The notes: a model not told the origin generated them from the letters alone. 60,642 nucleotides of DNA from Actinomycetota bacterium (GCA_034668185.1 JAXDPV010000245.1:1-60642), one strand, 5' to 3'; positions 28,624 to 37,311 are shown, counted from the first letter of the stretch. Program-made: numbers and translations.

Positions 28624-30462
28624 ATGCGCCGTATTGCCGTCCTGTTGGTGGCCGGGCTCAGCCTGACGCTCGTCTCGGGCGTCGCCGCCCGGGCGGCGCT
28701 GCCGCCCACGCCCGAGCCCAACTTCGCCACCACCCTCCTCCCGCGGCCGTGCCTGCCCGAGCCGGGCGACATCCATGAGGCCGGTTGGGCCGACCGCGAG
28801 GGCTTGACCGGCCCCGAGTACGAGTCCTATCCGGGCGCGTGCCAACGGTTGCGGTTCCGTTACGGACCGATCGTGGTGAAGCCGGGGCAGAACGACGTCC
28901 TCATCGAGCCGGTGAAGATCGAGCAGCCCCGCTACGACGGCTACATGACCAGGTTCGACCCCGACCTGGTGCTCGTCGACGGGACCGTGCCGCCGATCGA
29001 GCAGGTCCACCTCCACCACGCGGTGTGGACGACGGCCCGGCCGTACGGCTGGTCGCCGAGCCAGGCGTCGCCGCCGGGGTTGTCGCCCAACAACTCGCCC
29101 GTCACCCTCTACCCGTTCGCCGCCTCCGGCGAGGAGAAGACGACCTTCCGCCTTCCGCACGGCTACGGGATGCCGATGTCGGGGACCGACGACTGGCAGC
29201 TCCTTTACATGATCCACTCGGCGGTGCCCCAGCCGACCGAGGTCTTCATCACCTACGACATCGACTACGTGGCCAAGGCCGCCGGTGACGCCCTCGGCAT
29301 CAAGCCCGCCTACCCGGTATGGATGGACGTGCGGCCGGCGACCTATCCCGTCTTCAACGCCCAGAAGGGCTTCGGGTCGGGCGGCACGTGCACGTGGCCC
29401 AAGCAGAACTGTGCCGCCTTCGATCCCTTCGGCGCGGTGATCCCGAGCCAGGGGGCGGCGCCGACGACGGTGGGCACCGACCTCAAGCTGCCCAACGCCG
29501 GCCAGGCCTTCGGGCGCTCGTCGAACTTCCAGGGCGGCACGTTGATCCTCATGGGCGGGCACTTGCACCCGGGCGGGTTGGTCAACGAGATCGACCTGGT
29601 GCGGGGCTCGAACGTGCGCCGCATCTACAACGGCGAGGCCAAGTACTGGGACCGTACCGATCCGACCTTGACCGGCGGACCACCGACGTCGTGGGACTTC
29701 TCCGAGACGGTGGTGGCGGCGCCCAACTGGGGCGTGAAGGTGCAGCCGGGCGACATCCTCCGCAGCAACGCGACCTACGACACGTCGGTGGCTTCGGTCT
29801 ACGAGGCCATGGGCATCGCGGTGGCGTTCATTTCACCCAACACCTCGACGGGCGCGGCGACCGCACCTGGCATCGACCCGTTCGCTCCTGGAACTCCCGA
29901 CGACGGAGCCCAGTGCCCGACGGGCGGGTTGTTGGCCTCGCCGACGCCGACGTTGTGCCTGCGGGGGTGGCCGACCCACGGGCACCTGCACGAGAACGAC
30001 AACTTCGGCGGACCTTCGGGGGCGACGACGTTGGGCGCTTCGCTGTCGACGGCTCCGGCGACCAACCGGGTCGACATCTCGGCCTTCACCTATGCGCCCG
30101 GCGACCTCTCGATGGTGAGCATGACCGGCATCCCGGCGGTGAAGTTGGGGAGTCGGTTGGCGTTCACCAACGAGGACGCCGTCATCGACGCCTATCACAC
30201 GGTGACGCCATGTTCCTATCCATGCCTGGGGGGGACGGGGACGGCGTTCCCGTTGGCCAACGGGCGGACGAGCACCGGTCGTGACGTCGACTTCGACTCC
30301 TCTGAACTCGGCATCGGGATACCGACGTTGGGGGCGGCCAAGCAGGCGGTGACGTACAACCTCGACGTGACCGCGGCCAAGGGGTATTCGGCCGGCGAGG
30401 TCGTCACGTTCTTCTGCCGGGTCCACCCGTTCATGCGGGGTGCGTTCGAGGTGACGCCGTGA
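28624..30462 (+). CDS. Exported protein: PHM/DBH-like copper-monooxygenase-like region plus C-terminal cupredoxin motif
   Basis: Signal peptide MRRIAVLLVAGLSLTLVSGVAARA. His/Met spacing H129/H131/H132, H198, H313-x-H315, M396 resembles the CuH/CuM ligand order of peptidylglycine monooxygenase (from memory). The C-terminus has YHTV ... FFCRVHPFMRG (C-x2-H-x2-M, a type-1 Cu pattern). Confidence 0.5.
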   Translation: MRRIAVLLVAGLSLTLVSGVAARAALPPTPEPNFATTLLPRPCLPEPGDIHEAGWADREGLTGPEYESYPGACQRLRFRYGPIVVKPGQNDVLIEPVKIEQPRYDGYMTRFDPDLVLVDGTVPPIEQVHLHHAVWTTARPYGWSPSQASPPGLSPNNSPVTLYPFAASGEEKTTFRLPHGYGMPMSGTDDWQLLYMIHSAVPQPTEVFITYDIDYVAKAAGDALGIKPAYPVWMDVRPATYPVFNAQKGFGSGGTCTWPKQNCAAFDPFGAVIPSQGAAPTTVGTDLKLPNAGQAFGRSSNFQGGTLILMGGHLHPGGLVNEIDLVRGSNVRRIYNGEAKYWDRTDPTLTGGPPTSWDFSETVVAAPNWGVKVQPGDILRSNATYDTSVASVYEAMGIAVAFISPNTSTGAATAPGIDPFAPGTPDDGAQCPTGGLLASPTPTLCLRGWPTHGHLHENDNFGGPSGATTLGASLSTAPATNRVDISAFTYAPGDLSMVSMTGIPAVKLGSRLAFTNEDAVIDAYHTVTPCSYPCLGGTGTAFPLANGRTSTGRDVDFDSSELGIGIPTLGAAKQAVTYNLDVTAAKGYSAGEVVTFFCRVHPFMRGAFEVTP

Positions 30463-32387
30463 AGCGATCCCGGTTGTCCTTGGGTCTGTGCGTGTGCCTG
30501 GTGGCGGGCGTGCTCGGCGGTGCCCGCTTGACGTCTTCTTCTGCGGTCATAACCCCGACGCCATCGCCGATGGCGGGGTGCGCGCCGGTCGGCGTGACCG
30601 GTGGCGAGTGGCGCACCTACGGCCACGACCTGGCCAACACCAGGCACCAGGACCGGGAGCGCTCGATCGCCCACGCCGACGTGCCGCTGCTGCGGCCGGC
30701 GTGGACGTTCTCGACCGTCGACGCCGGCGGGTCCGGTGACCTGACGGGCACGCCCATCGTGGCCGACGGCTGCGTGTACGTCGGGTCGAACCGGGGTTGG
30801 GTGTTCTCTATCAACGCCGACACCGGGGCCAAGGTGTGGGCCGCTTCGGTCCCGAATGGCGGCGTTATCAACTCGACGGTGGCCGTGGCCGGTGGCTTGG
30901 TCATCGCTTCGGTGTCGCGCACGTCGCCGCCTCCTGGTTGCGTGACCGATTGCGTTGGTCCTTACGCCGTCGCCTTCGACCAGGCGACCGGTTCGGTGTC
31001 GTGGACGACTGCGGCGCTCGACACCCAGGTGGGGGCGGACACGTTCTCTTCGCCGGTCGTCTACGACGACATCGTCTTCACCGGTGTCTCGGGCTCGGCT
31101 GCCGAGGTCGGCAACGAAGCCGATCGTTATGCGTTCCAGGGCAGCATCGTGTTGCTCGAGCGTTCGACGGGCGCGGTCATCTCGAAGATCTGGACGATCC
31201 ATTCGCCGGCCACGGTCGACGAGTTCGCCGGGGGCGCGGTGTGGTCGACGCCGGCCGTTGACGTTGCTACCGGCTACGCCTACGTCGGCGCCGGCAATCC
31301 GTTCAAACCGCAGGCCGAGCACGCCCACACGAACGCCGTGCTCAAGGTCGACTTGAACCGGACGTCGCCGACGTTCGCCACCATCGTGGGCTCGTACAAG
31401 GGGACTGTCGACGAGTACGTGCCCGGGTTCTCCGGGCTGCCGTGCGAGGACATCCCCGGCAACCCCGCGCCTTACTATCCGCAAGGGTTGGGCGCCTGCG
31501 GCGACATCGACCTCGACTTCGGGGCCTCGCCCAACCTGTTCACGGATTCCTCCGGCCACAAGCTCGTTGGTGCCGGGCAGAAGTCGGGCATCTACCACGC
31601 CTTCGACGCGTCGACCATGGCCGGCGCCTGGACGTCGTTGTTGGGGCCCCCTTCGCTCGCCGGCGGCATCGTCGGTTCGACCGCCTACGACGGGTCTGCG
31701 TTGTACGGGCCCGTCACCGAGGGCGGCTACCAATGGTCGATCGCCAAGGACACGGGCTCGTTGCGTTGGGTCTCGCCGACGTTGGACGGGGCCCACTACG
31801 CCAACGCCACGGCGCTGGCCAACGGCATCGTGTATTCGGTGGACTTGAAGGGTTTCCTGGACGCGCAGGACGCCCGCAACGGCGCTCCCTTGCTGCACTT
31901 CCCGCTGGCCGCGGGCTGGGGCACGGGCGCCAACCCGGTGTTGAGCTGGGGCGGGGTTTCGGTGGCCCGCAACTCGGTGTTCGCCGCGGTCGGCGTGTCT
32001 GGCTTGGACAACGGTTTCGTCGTCGCCTTCCGCACTCCTACTTCGCTCGTCACGACCCCGACACCGCCCTCTGTGCCGCCGCTGCCCGACGGTTCGCCCG
32101 GGCCCGTCATCGTCGCCGGCCCCGGCGCCACCAGCTCCAACTACGCCACCCCCGCCATGGTCGCCCGCGTCGGCGGCCCGCTCACCTTCGCCAACTCCGA
32201 CATCGCCCAGCACGACGTCACCTCCGTGGCCCGCCGCCCCGACAACTCGCCCCTCTTCCGCTCGCCCCTGGTCGGCCTCGGCCAGACCGCCCCCGTCACC
32301 GGCCTCGCCGACACCGTCGCCGGCCAGACCTACGCCTTCTACTGCTCCATCCACCCCGGCATGAAGGGCACGCTGGCCATCATCTGA
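30459..32387 (+). CDS. Exported PQQ-like beta-propeller repeat protein with C-terminal cupredoxin motif
   Basis: The GTG start overlaps the upstream stop. Signal peptide present. Repeated G.VYVGS....V.A.NA.TG..W-type propeller blades. The C-terminus has AQHDVT ... YAFYCSIHPGMKGTLAII (H ... C-x2-H-x2-M). Confidence 0.6.
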   Translation: MKRSRLSLGLCVCLVAGVLGGARLTSSSAVITPTPSPMAGCAPVGVTGGEWRTYGHDLANTRHQDRERSIAHADVPLLRPAWTFSTVDAGGSGDLTGTPIVADGCVYVGSNRGWVFSINADTGAKVWAASVPNGGVINSTVAVAGGLVIASVSRTSPPPGCVTDCVGPYAVAFDQATGSVSWTTAALDTQVGADTFSSPVVYDDIVFTGVSGSAAEVGNEADRYAFQGSIVLLERSTGAVISKIWTIHSPATVDEFAGGAVWSTPAVDVATGYAYVGAGNPFKPQAEHAHTNAVLKVDLNRTSPTFATIVGSYKGTVDEYVPGFSGLPCEDIPGNPAPYYPQGLGACGDIDLDFGASPNLFTDSSGHKLVGAGQKSGIYHAFDASTMAGAWTSLLGPPSLAGGIVGSTAYDGSALYGPVTEGGYQWSIAKDTGSLRWVSPTLDGAHYANATALANGIVYSVDLKGFLDAQDARNGAPLLHFPLAAGWGTGANPVLSWGGVSVARNSVFAAVGVSGLDNGFVVAFRTPTSLVTTPTPPSVPPLPDGSPGPVIVAGPGATSSNYATPAMVARVGGPLTFANSDIAQHDVTSVARRPDNSPLFRSPLVGLGQTAPVTGLADTVAGQTYAFYCSIHPGMKGTLAII

Positions 32388-32408
32388 GCTCTGCACCGCA
32401 TCGCCCGG

Positions 32409-32456
32409 CGTTTGTGAACGCCCAGGCCGGAATGCCGGCCCTCGCGTTCACAAACG
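32409..32456. terminator. Nested hairpin after the cupredoxin-tailed propeller gene; last clearly host-like sequence before the island
   Basis: Outer arms CGTTTGTGAACGC (32409-32421) and GCGTTCACAAACG (32444-32456) form 13 of 13 bp. Inner stem GGCCGG-AATG-CCGGCC. Confidence 0.5.
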
Positions 32457-32595
32457 TCTGGTTGCGGCGCCGCCACGCCACCAACCTCGGTTTCGCACAC
32501 TCGCGCCGGTCAGGGGGGCGTCCGGTGTGCGCAAGCCGGGCTGGTCGCCTACGGCCTGTCGCGGCCGGCGCGGCGCCGTGCCGGCGCCTGAACGA

Positions 32596-33039
32596 GTGGA
32601 GCTCCTAGGGAGCTACTACAAACAGAGGTGGGAACTGGAGCGGCTGGCCGCCGTGCGAGACATCAAGCCGGCCGGATCACCTCAACCGGCCACGCCGCAA
32701 CCCAAGCAGGTCCAGCACCGACTACGCCAGGAGGAAGAAGCCGAGCTGATCGCTCGGTACCAGGACGGAGACACGGTCTACGTCTTGGCCGAGCGCTTCA
32801 AGCTGCACCGCCAAACCGTGTCTGGTGTCCTGGAGCGTCATGGCATCCCTCGTCGCTACAACAAGCTCACGGGTAAGGACCTTGACTTGGCGGTGCAGCT
32901 CTACACGGAGGGGACGTCGTTGGACGTGGTCGGTGAGCGTCTTGGCGTAGAAGCCAGCACGGTCAGCCGGGCCCTCCGTAAGGCCGAAGTGACGATCAGA
33001 GCGCGAGTTGGGGGTAGCCGGCGGCGGGAACCTGCGTAG
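32596..33039 (+). CDS. Tandem helix-turn-helix protein (resolvase/sigma-70 region-4-like HTH); start uncertain
   Basis: Two HTH-like units: EAELIARYQDGDTVYVLAERFKLHRQTVSGVLERHG and DLAVQLYTEGTSLDVVGERLGVEASTVSRALRKA. GTG 32596 was chosen; the frame is open from 32527. Confidence 0.5.
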   Translation: MELLGSYYKQRWELERLAAVRDIKPAGSPQPATPQPKQVQHRLRQEEEAELIARYQDGDTVYVLAERFKLHRQTVSGVLERHGIPRRYNKLTGKDLDLAVQLYTEGTSLDVVGERLGVEASTVSRALRKAEVTIRARVGGSRRREPA

Positions 33040-33045
33040 CTGGGG

Positions 33046-33654
33046 TCACACGTCGTCGAGACGTTCTGACAGCTCGAGCGCTTGTTGCACTGCCTCGGGC
33101 AGTGGCGCATCGCGTGGGGGCCAGACCTGCAGGCCATACCGCTTGACGAAGTTGAGCGGAATTTTCGGGTTGTTCAGATGGACCGGAGCTCCGCCCGTTG
33201 TTCGCAACTTCTCCTGGCGAAGGAGCTCTGCTTCCCACTTTGAAAAGTAGACCTCCAAGGGTTCAGGCATGATCTCGTAAATCGCTTCTGGGTGCGATTG
33301 GTCAAACACAGCAACGATCCACAGAAACACCTGGCGGTAGCGTGCGATGTTCGCCCTTGTGAGGGTGTGCTCCGTCGTGACGTCGAGCTGAGGCTTCCTG
33401 AGTCCGCGTGAACTGATTCGCGCCACCGTCTTGACTTCATATCGCCGACCCTGCTCATCCTCGGCGTCATCGCCTTCTCGGTAGAGCTTCCGCAGGTTGA
33501 AGAGTCTAAGAAGCAGCAACTCCTTGTAGCCACCGTCGTCGAACACGTTGTGGAGGGCGTGTTCGGTCGCCACCTCTTGTAGTCGGATGCCCAGTTCGAT
33601 GAGGCTGCGGATGTCACCCGTCGGAACCAATCGGGGGGATTGGCGGGGAGGCAC
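33046..33654 (-). CDS. Type II restriction endonuclease, PvuII-like
   Basis: Aligns by eye with my memory of R.PvuII: GDDAEDEQGRRYEVK versus GNDAVDNAGQEYELK (D-x9-E-x-K), IARYRQVFLWIVAVF versus IAKYRQVPWIFAIY, EAIYEI.PE.LEVYFSKWE versus EAIYRLEPKDLEFYYDKWE, and NNPKIP conserved. A GTG start at 33654 is 4 nt after the C-gene stop; the ORF is open to ATG 33714. Confidence 0.75.
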   Translation of the reverse strand: MPPRQSPRLVPTGDIRSLIELGIRLQEVATEHALHNVFDDGGYKELLLLRLFNLRKLYREGDDAEDEQGRRYEVKTVARISSRGLRKPQLDVTTEHTLTRANIARYRQVFLWIVAVFDQSHPEAIYEIMPEPLEVYFSKWEAELLRQEKLRTTGGAPVHLNNPKIPLNFVKRYGLQVWPPRDAPLPEAVQQALELSERLDDV

Positions 33655-33658
33655 GCGC

Positions 33659-33895
33659 TTAGCTCTTCTCGAAGAGACTCGTAGTCGGAACCTCCAGAGC
33701 ACGGGCAAGTGCATAAATGTTGTCCAGTCCTACGTTTCTCAGGCCTCGTTCAAGGCTGGAGACGTACGTCCGATGGATGCCCGCTCGTTCGGCGAGCGCC
33801 TCTTGCGACAGCCCGCGAGCATCCCGGAGCGCCCGCACGCGCCGTCCAAACGCTCTCCGATGCGAGTCCACCGAACCGCGCCGTTGGTCCGTCAT
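33659..33895 (-). CDS. Controller (C) protein of the R-M system, XRE-type HTH
   Basis: 78 aa. LSQEALAERAGIHRTYVSSLERGLRNVGLDNIYALARAL matches the C-protein signature (..ERG.RN.....I..I..AL). It lies directly upstream of and co-oriented with the endonuclease gene, and divergent from the methylase gene, as in PvuII. Confidence 0.8.
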   Translation of the reverse strand: MTDQRRGSVDSHRRAFGRRVRALRDARGLSQEALAERAGIHRTYVSSLERGLRNVGLDNIYALARALEVPTTSLFEKS

Positions 33896-33902
33896 GATAA
33901 AG

Positions 33903-33935
33903 CACGACGCTAGGAACCGAGACGACGATAAGGCT
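33903..33935. promoter_or_regulatory. Possible C-box/operator repeats in the C-M divergent intergenic region
   Basis: ACGACGCTAGGAAC (33903-33916) and ACGACGATAAGGCT (33922-33935) form a 19-bp-spaced direct repeat within the 47-bp gap between ATG 33895 (C, minus) and ATG 33943 (M, plus). Confidence 0.25.
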
Positions 33936-33942
33936 ACAGACT

Positions 33943-35718
33943 ATGAGTAACATAGGACAGGTGCCGGAGGAACTCGTCGTAGGTCGAAGTGACCCTGTCT
34001 ACATGGCCCATGGCTACCTGACGAAGGTTCCTGTGCCAGCGATCGTGGCCTTCATCGAGGCCTACACGGAACCCGGCGACGTGGTACTCGATCCCTTCGC
34101 TGGGTCAGGTATGACCGGCGTGGCCGCAGCCGCGTCCGGCCGGCAGGGGCGGCTCTTCGACATCAGCGTCCTCGGCCAACACATCGGCCGCAACTACGTC
34201 AACCTCGTGGATGCCGACCTGCTCCGCAAGCACGCCAGCTATGCGGTCGGAACAGTGAAGGATCGGCTTGGTGACCTGTACGCCGTGCCATGTTCGGCTT
34301 GTGGTGGTGTCGCTCAGCTCGCCAAGACCGTCTGGAGCACGATCATCGGGTGCGGCAGCTGCGGGACGCCCGTCAACTTCTATCGAGCGCTCGAGGCGGC
34401 TAGCTGGAACAAGCCCGCCACGGCCTGCCCGAACTGCACCGGCAACATCAGCACCAAGAGCCCTCGGGTGGGCGAGGAGCCGGTCATTGACTACGTGCTC
34501 TGTGACTGTGCCAAGAGGCAGCAGGAGCAGCCGGCTGCAGGTCGGCCCGAGATAGTGCTCGACGCTCTGTCGATCCCGCATGTGGAGATCACTCCCGACC
34601 GACAGATGTACAAGGCATCTGCGCTTGGACGCAACGGCCTGACGACTGTTGCGTCCTTCTACTCGCCGCGGAATCTGGCGGTTCTCGCTGTCCTGCGAGA
34701 GCAGATCGCCCAAGTGACTGACGAGGCGCTACGCTCCAAGCTGCTTTTCGCCTTCACGGCATCGCTTACCCGAGCTTCAAAGCGATACCAGTGGTCAAAG
34801 CAGCGACCGCTCAATGCCGCGAACGCCAACTACTACGTAGCGCCTGTTTTCTACGAGTGGAACGTCTTTGATCTCTTCCTCCGCAAGGTTGAGGCGGTCA
34901 TCCGATCTGACGAGTGGGTCCGGGCCAGAGTCTCGGCCGCCCAGTCAGATCGGCTGCCTGCGGACGTCGATGTCACCTACGAACTCGGTAGTGCAGAGGC
35001 CGTGCCGCTGGCCGATGGGAGTGTCGACTACGTCTTTACTGATCCACCGTTCGGCTCGAACCTATTCTACGCCGACATGGCGCTGTTCCAAGAGGCGTGG
35101 CTTGGAGAATTCACCGACTCCACGCTCGAGGCGGTTGTCGATCGGGGGGCACGCAAGCAGCGATCTGTTAGCCGCTACGAGCAACTTCTGACGGCCGCTC
35201 TCTCCGAATGTAGGCGGATACTGAAGTCCGGCGGTCGTATCAGCATGGTTTTCGGGAACTCCACGGGCGCCATGTGGTCTCTTGTACAACGAGCCATTCA
35301 TAATGCCGGTCTCCTCGTTGATCCTGACGGGCTTGTCGTTCTCAACAAGGGCCAGCGGTCGGTCAAGGGCTTGGCCTCTGGGTTCGAACATGTCGCGACG
35401 CTGGACCTAGTGGTAACGATGACCGCAAAACCGCAGCAAGACCTTGCCGAGAACACCCTGAAGCCGGTGAGTCCTGGAGTCGTGGTCGAGGCGGTGCAAC
35501 AGCTACTTCACCAGTCCACTGACACGACGCCCAGCCATCTCTACCTCGAGCTTCTGCGGACGGGATTCCGCGAGGGCTGGGATCTCAGCACTCTCGATCT
35601 CTCCGTGGTAACCCGGACGCTTTCCGACGAAGGATGGGCAATCGAGCCGAAGCGCGGTTCGGTTGTGCGACCGACCAAAGATGTTTCTCCCACGATCGCC
35701 GATGCCAGCGCGAGCTGA
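33943..35718 (+). CDS. DNA methyltransferase (amino-MTase, N6-A or N4-C), alpha-like motif order with Cys-rich insert
   Basis: 591 aa. AdoMet motif VVLDPFAGSGMTG near residue 50. Cys clusters CSACGG..CGSCG..CPNCTG. Catalytic motif DYVFTDPPFGSN near residue 365. Confidence 0.85.
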   Translation: MSNIGQVPEELVVGRSDPVYMAHGYLTKVPVPAIVAFIEAYTEPGDVVLDPFAGSGMTGVAAAASGRQGRLFDISVLGQHIGRNYVNLVDADLLRKHASYAVGTVKDRLGDLYAVPCSACGGVAQLAKTVWSTIIGCGSCGTPVNFYRALEAASWNKPATACPNCTGNISTKSPRVGEEPVIDYVLCDCAKRQQEQPAAGRPEIVLDALSIPHVEITPDRQMYKASALGRNGLTTVASFYSPRNLAVLAVLREQIAQVTDEALRSKLLFAFTASLTRASKRYQWSKQRPLNAANANYYVAPVFYEWNVFDLFLRKVEAVIRSDEWVRARVSAAQSDRLPADVDVTYELGSAEAVPLADGSVDYVFTDPPFGSNLFYADMALFQEAWLGEFTDSTLEAVVDRGARKQRSVSRYEQLLTAALSECRRILKSGGRISMVFGNSTGAMWSLVQRAIHNAGLLVDPDGLVVLNKGQRSVKGLASGFEHVATLDLVVTMTAKPQQDLAENTLKPVSPGVVVEAVQQLLHQSTDTTPSHLYLELLRTGFREGWDLSTLDLSVVTRTLSDEGWAIEPKRGSVVRPTKDVSPTIADASAS

Positions 35719-35827
35719 GCCATACCCAGTCGTTGCCAGATTGGGCATGATGTCCAGATGGGACTACAACGCGTCATCTCGTCGACTCGCGGCGGCTCGT
35801 GGCCGTCGGTTTGCCTCGAAGTTGTGG

Positions 35828-36088
35828 TCAGCGGGCCTTGGCGTCCCGCCTGACCTCCGCCTCCCATCGCCGCACCACCTCAGCCGTCGTCGTCCCCAAC
35901 ACCTCACAGACCCGCCGCAGCTGCACCAGGTCGAGCCGACGCTCCCCGTTCTCGTACTTGCTGACCCAGGTCTGGCTGACGCCCAGCCGCTCGGCCAGAT
36001 CACTCTGGTTCAAGCCGGCTGCTAGCCGCAGCGCCCGTAGCAGCGCGATCAGGTGAGCGTGCTCCGGCGAGTGGATGGTCTTGTCCAT
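35828..36088 (-). CDS. XRE-family HTH transcriptional regulator
   Basis: 86 aa. LNQSDLAERLGVSQTWVSKYENGERRLDLVQLRRVCEVLG. Confidence 0.8.
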   Translation of the reverse strand: MDKTIHSPEHAHLIALLRALRLAAGLNQSDLAERLGVSQTWVSKYENGERRLDLVQLRRVCEVLGTTTAEVVRRWEAEVRRDAKAR

Positions 36089-36195
36089 CCACCCGAGTAA
36101 TCACCCCAAAACGGCGTAGTCCTAGACGGGGTACCCCGATATGGACTATCTTCCGCTTTCTGGGCGGGAGCGGATCATGGGGAGGCAGCCGGGCG

Positions 36196-37311
36196 ATGGC
36201 GCACGAGTGGACGGCGAGAAGCCGAGTGGCGGTAGCGGGCGCGGTCGTGGTGGGCATCGCCCTGATCGTCACCCAACGGCACGGACCTGAACGTGCCAGC
36301 ATCAGCGCGCCCACCACCACCACCATTGATCCGTCGCTGGCCATTCTCAATGGCGAAGCCCGGGGCACCCTGAACGTCGACAGCAGCTGCGGCCAGTTCC
36401 TGGCGGCACCAGCGGTCGAACAACTCGACGTCGCCTATCGGTACGTCCGAGCGATGGTAGAGGTGCACTTTGACGACCGGTTGAGCGAAGTGCAGGCGTA
36501 TTGCCACAACCATCTGACCGCCACGGTCCTCGATGCCATGTCGAGCGTCCTCAATCCGGAGCCACCGAGCACTACCACCGCACCGCCACCCGCTGGCGAG
36601 GTGTTGTCCTATCAAGGCCGACCGACCTTCACTCCAGCCCAGCTGCCGTCAACCAAGGATCGAACCGCGTCTGGAAAGGTCTACGCCACGCTGACCATCG
36701 ACCGAGCTCGCCAAAGCAGCGCCGGCTACCTCGTCAGCGTCCATTATCGCTGGGAGGCGGAGATCGGCCAGCCGATGGTGAGCGTGGTGACACCAGACGG
36801 CAAGTGCATGAGCGAACGGCCAGCGGTGCGCAAGCTCGAGGACAACGGCCCTAATAACGAAACCGGCGTCATCCAGCTATTGGTGCATACACCGGGGGAA
36901 TATCGCCTCGGCGAGGAATGCGGCGAGGGACGAGTGCAGGTCAGCGTCGGCACCGTCACCTTCCCGGCCATCGGCGATCTACCGCAACTAAGCACCGGCA
37001 CTGGCCGGTTTCGGGCGGTGCGCCGGGACGCCGATTCGATTCGGATCAGTGTTGTGACCAACAACTGCGGTACCTGTCAACCACCCGCCGACTTCTGCCT
37101 GCTGACCAACGACAGCGGGCCGAGCGCTGGCCGAGATGGCCGAACCCTACCGTGGGAGCAGGCGCCGGATACCGGCATGAGCGACCTCGGCGGCGAGGTC
37201 GATGATGTCGTGTTTCCGGGGGTCGATGGTGGCGTCGTCGCCGAAGGCACCTGCGCACAACTAATTAATCGCGGCGCCGTCGACAGATCGTCGAGCCTGG
37301 TGATTCCGTAG
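36196..37311 (+). CDS. Membrane-anchored extracytoplasmic protein, no recognisable domain
   Basis: 371 aa with an N-terminal anchor (VAVAGAVVVGIALIV), a Thr/Pro linker and several Cys pairs. Divergent from the XRE gene. Confidence 0.55.
   Translation: MAHEWTARSRVAVAGAVVVGIALIVTQRHGPERASISAPTTTTIDPSLAILNGEARGTLNVDSSCGQFLAAPAVEQLDVAYRYVRAMVEVHFDDRLSEVQAYCHNHLTATVLDAMSSVLNPEPPSTTTAPPPAGEVLSYQGRPTFTPAQLPSTKDRTASGKVYATLTIDRARQSSAGYLVSVHYRWEAEIGQPMVSVVTPDGKCMSERPAVRKLEDNGPNNETGVIQLLVHTPGEYRLGEECGEGRVQVSVGTVTFPAIGDLPQLSTGTGRFRAVRRDADSIRISVVTNNCGTCQPPADFCLLTNDSGPSAGRDGRTLPWEQAPDTGMSDLGGEVDDVVFPGVDGGVVAEGTCAQLINRGAVDRSSSLVIP

Noticed and set aside
32400-32620. Search for a direct repeat of the tRNA-Ala 3' half at the left island end (tyrosine-integrase-style att duplication)
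   Set aside because: I could find no match longer than a G-run (CAGGGGGG versus CTGGGGGG). The integrase is a serine recombinase, for which long direct repeats are not expected.
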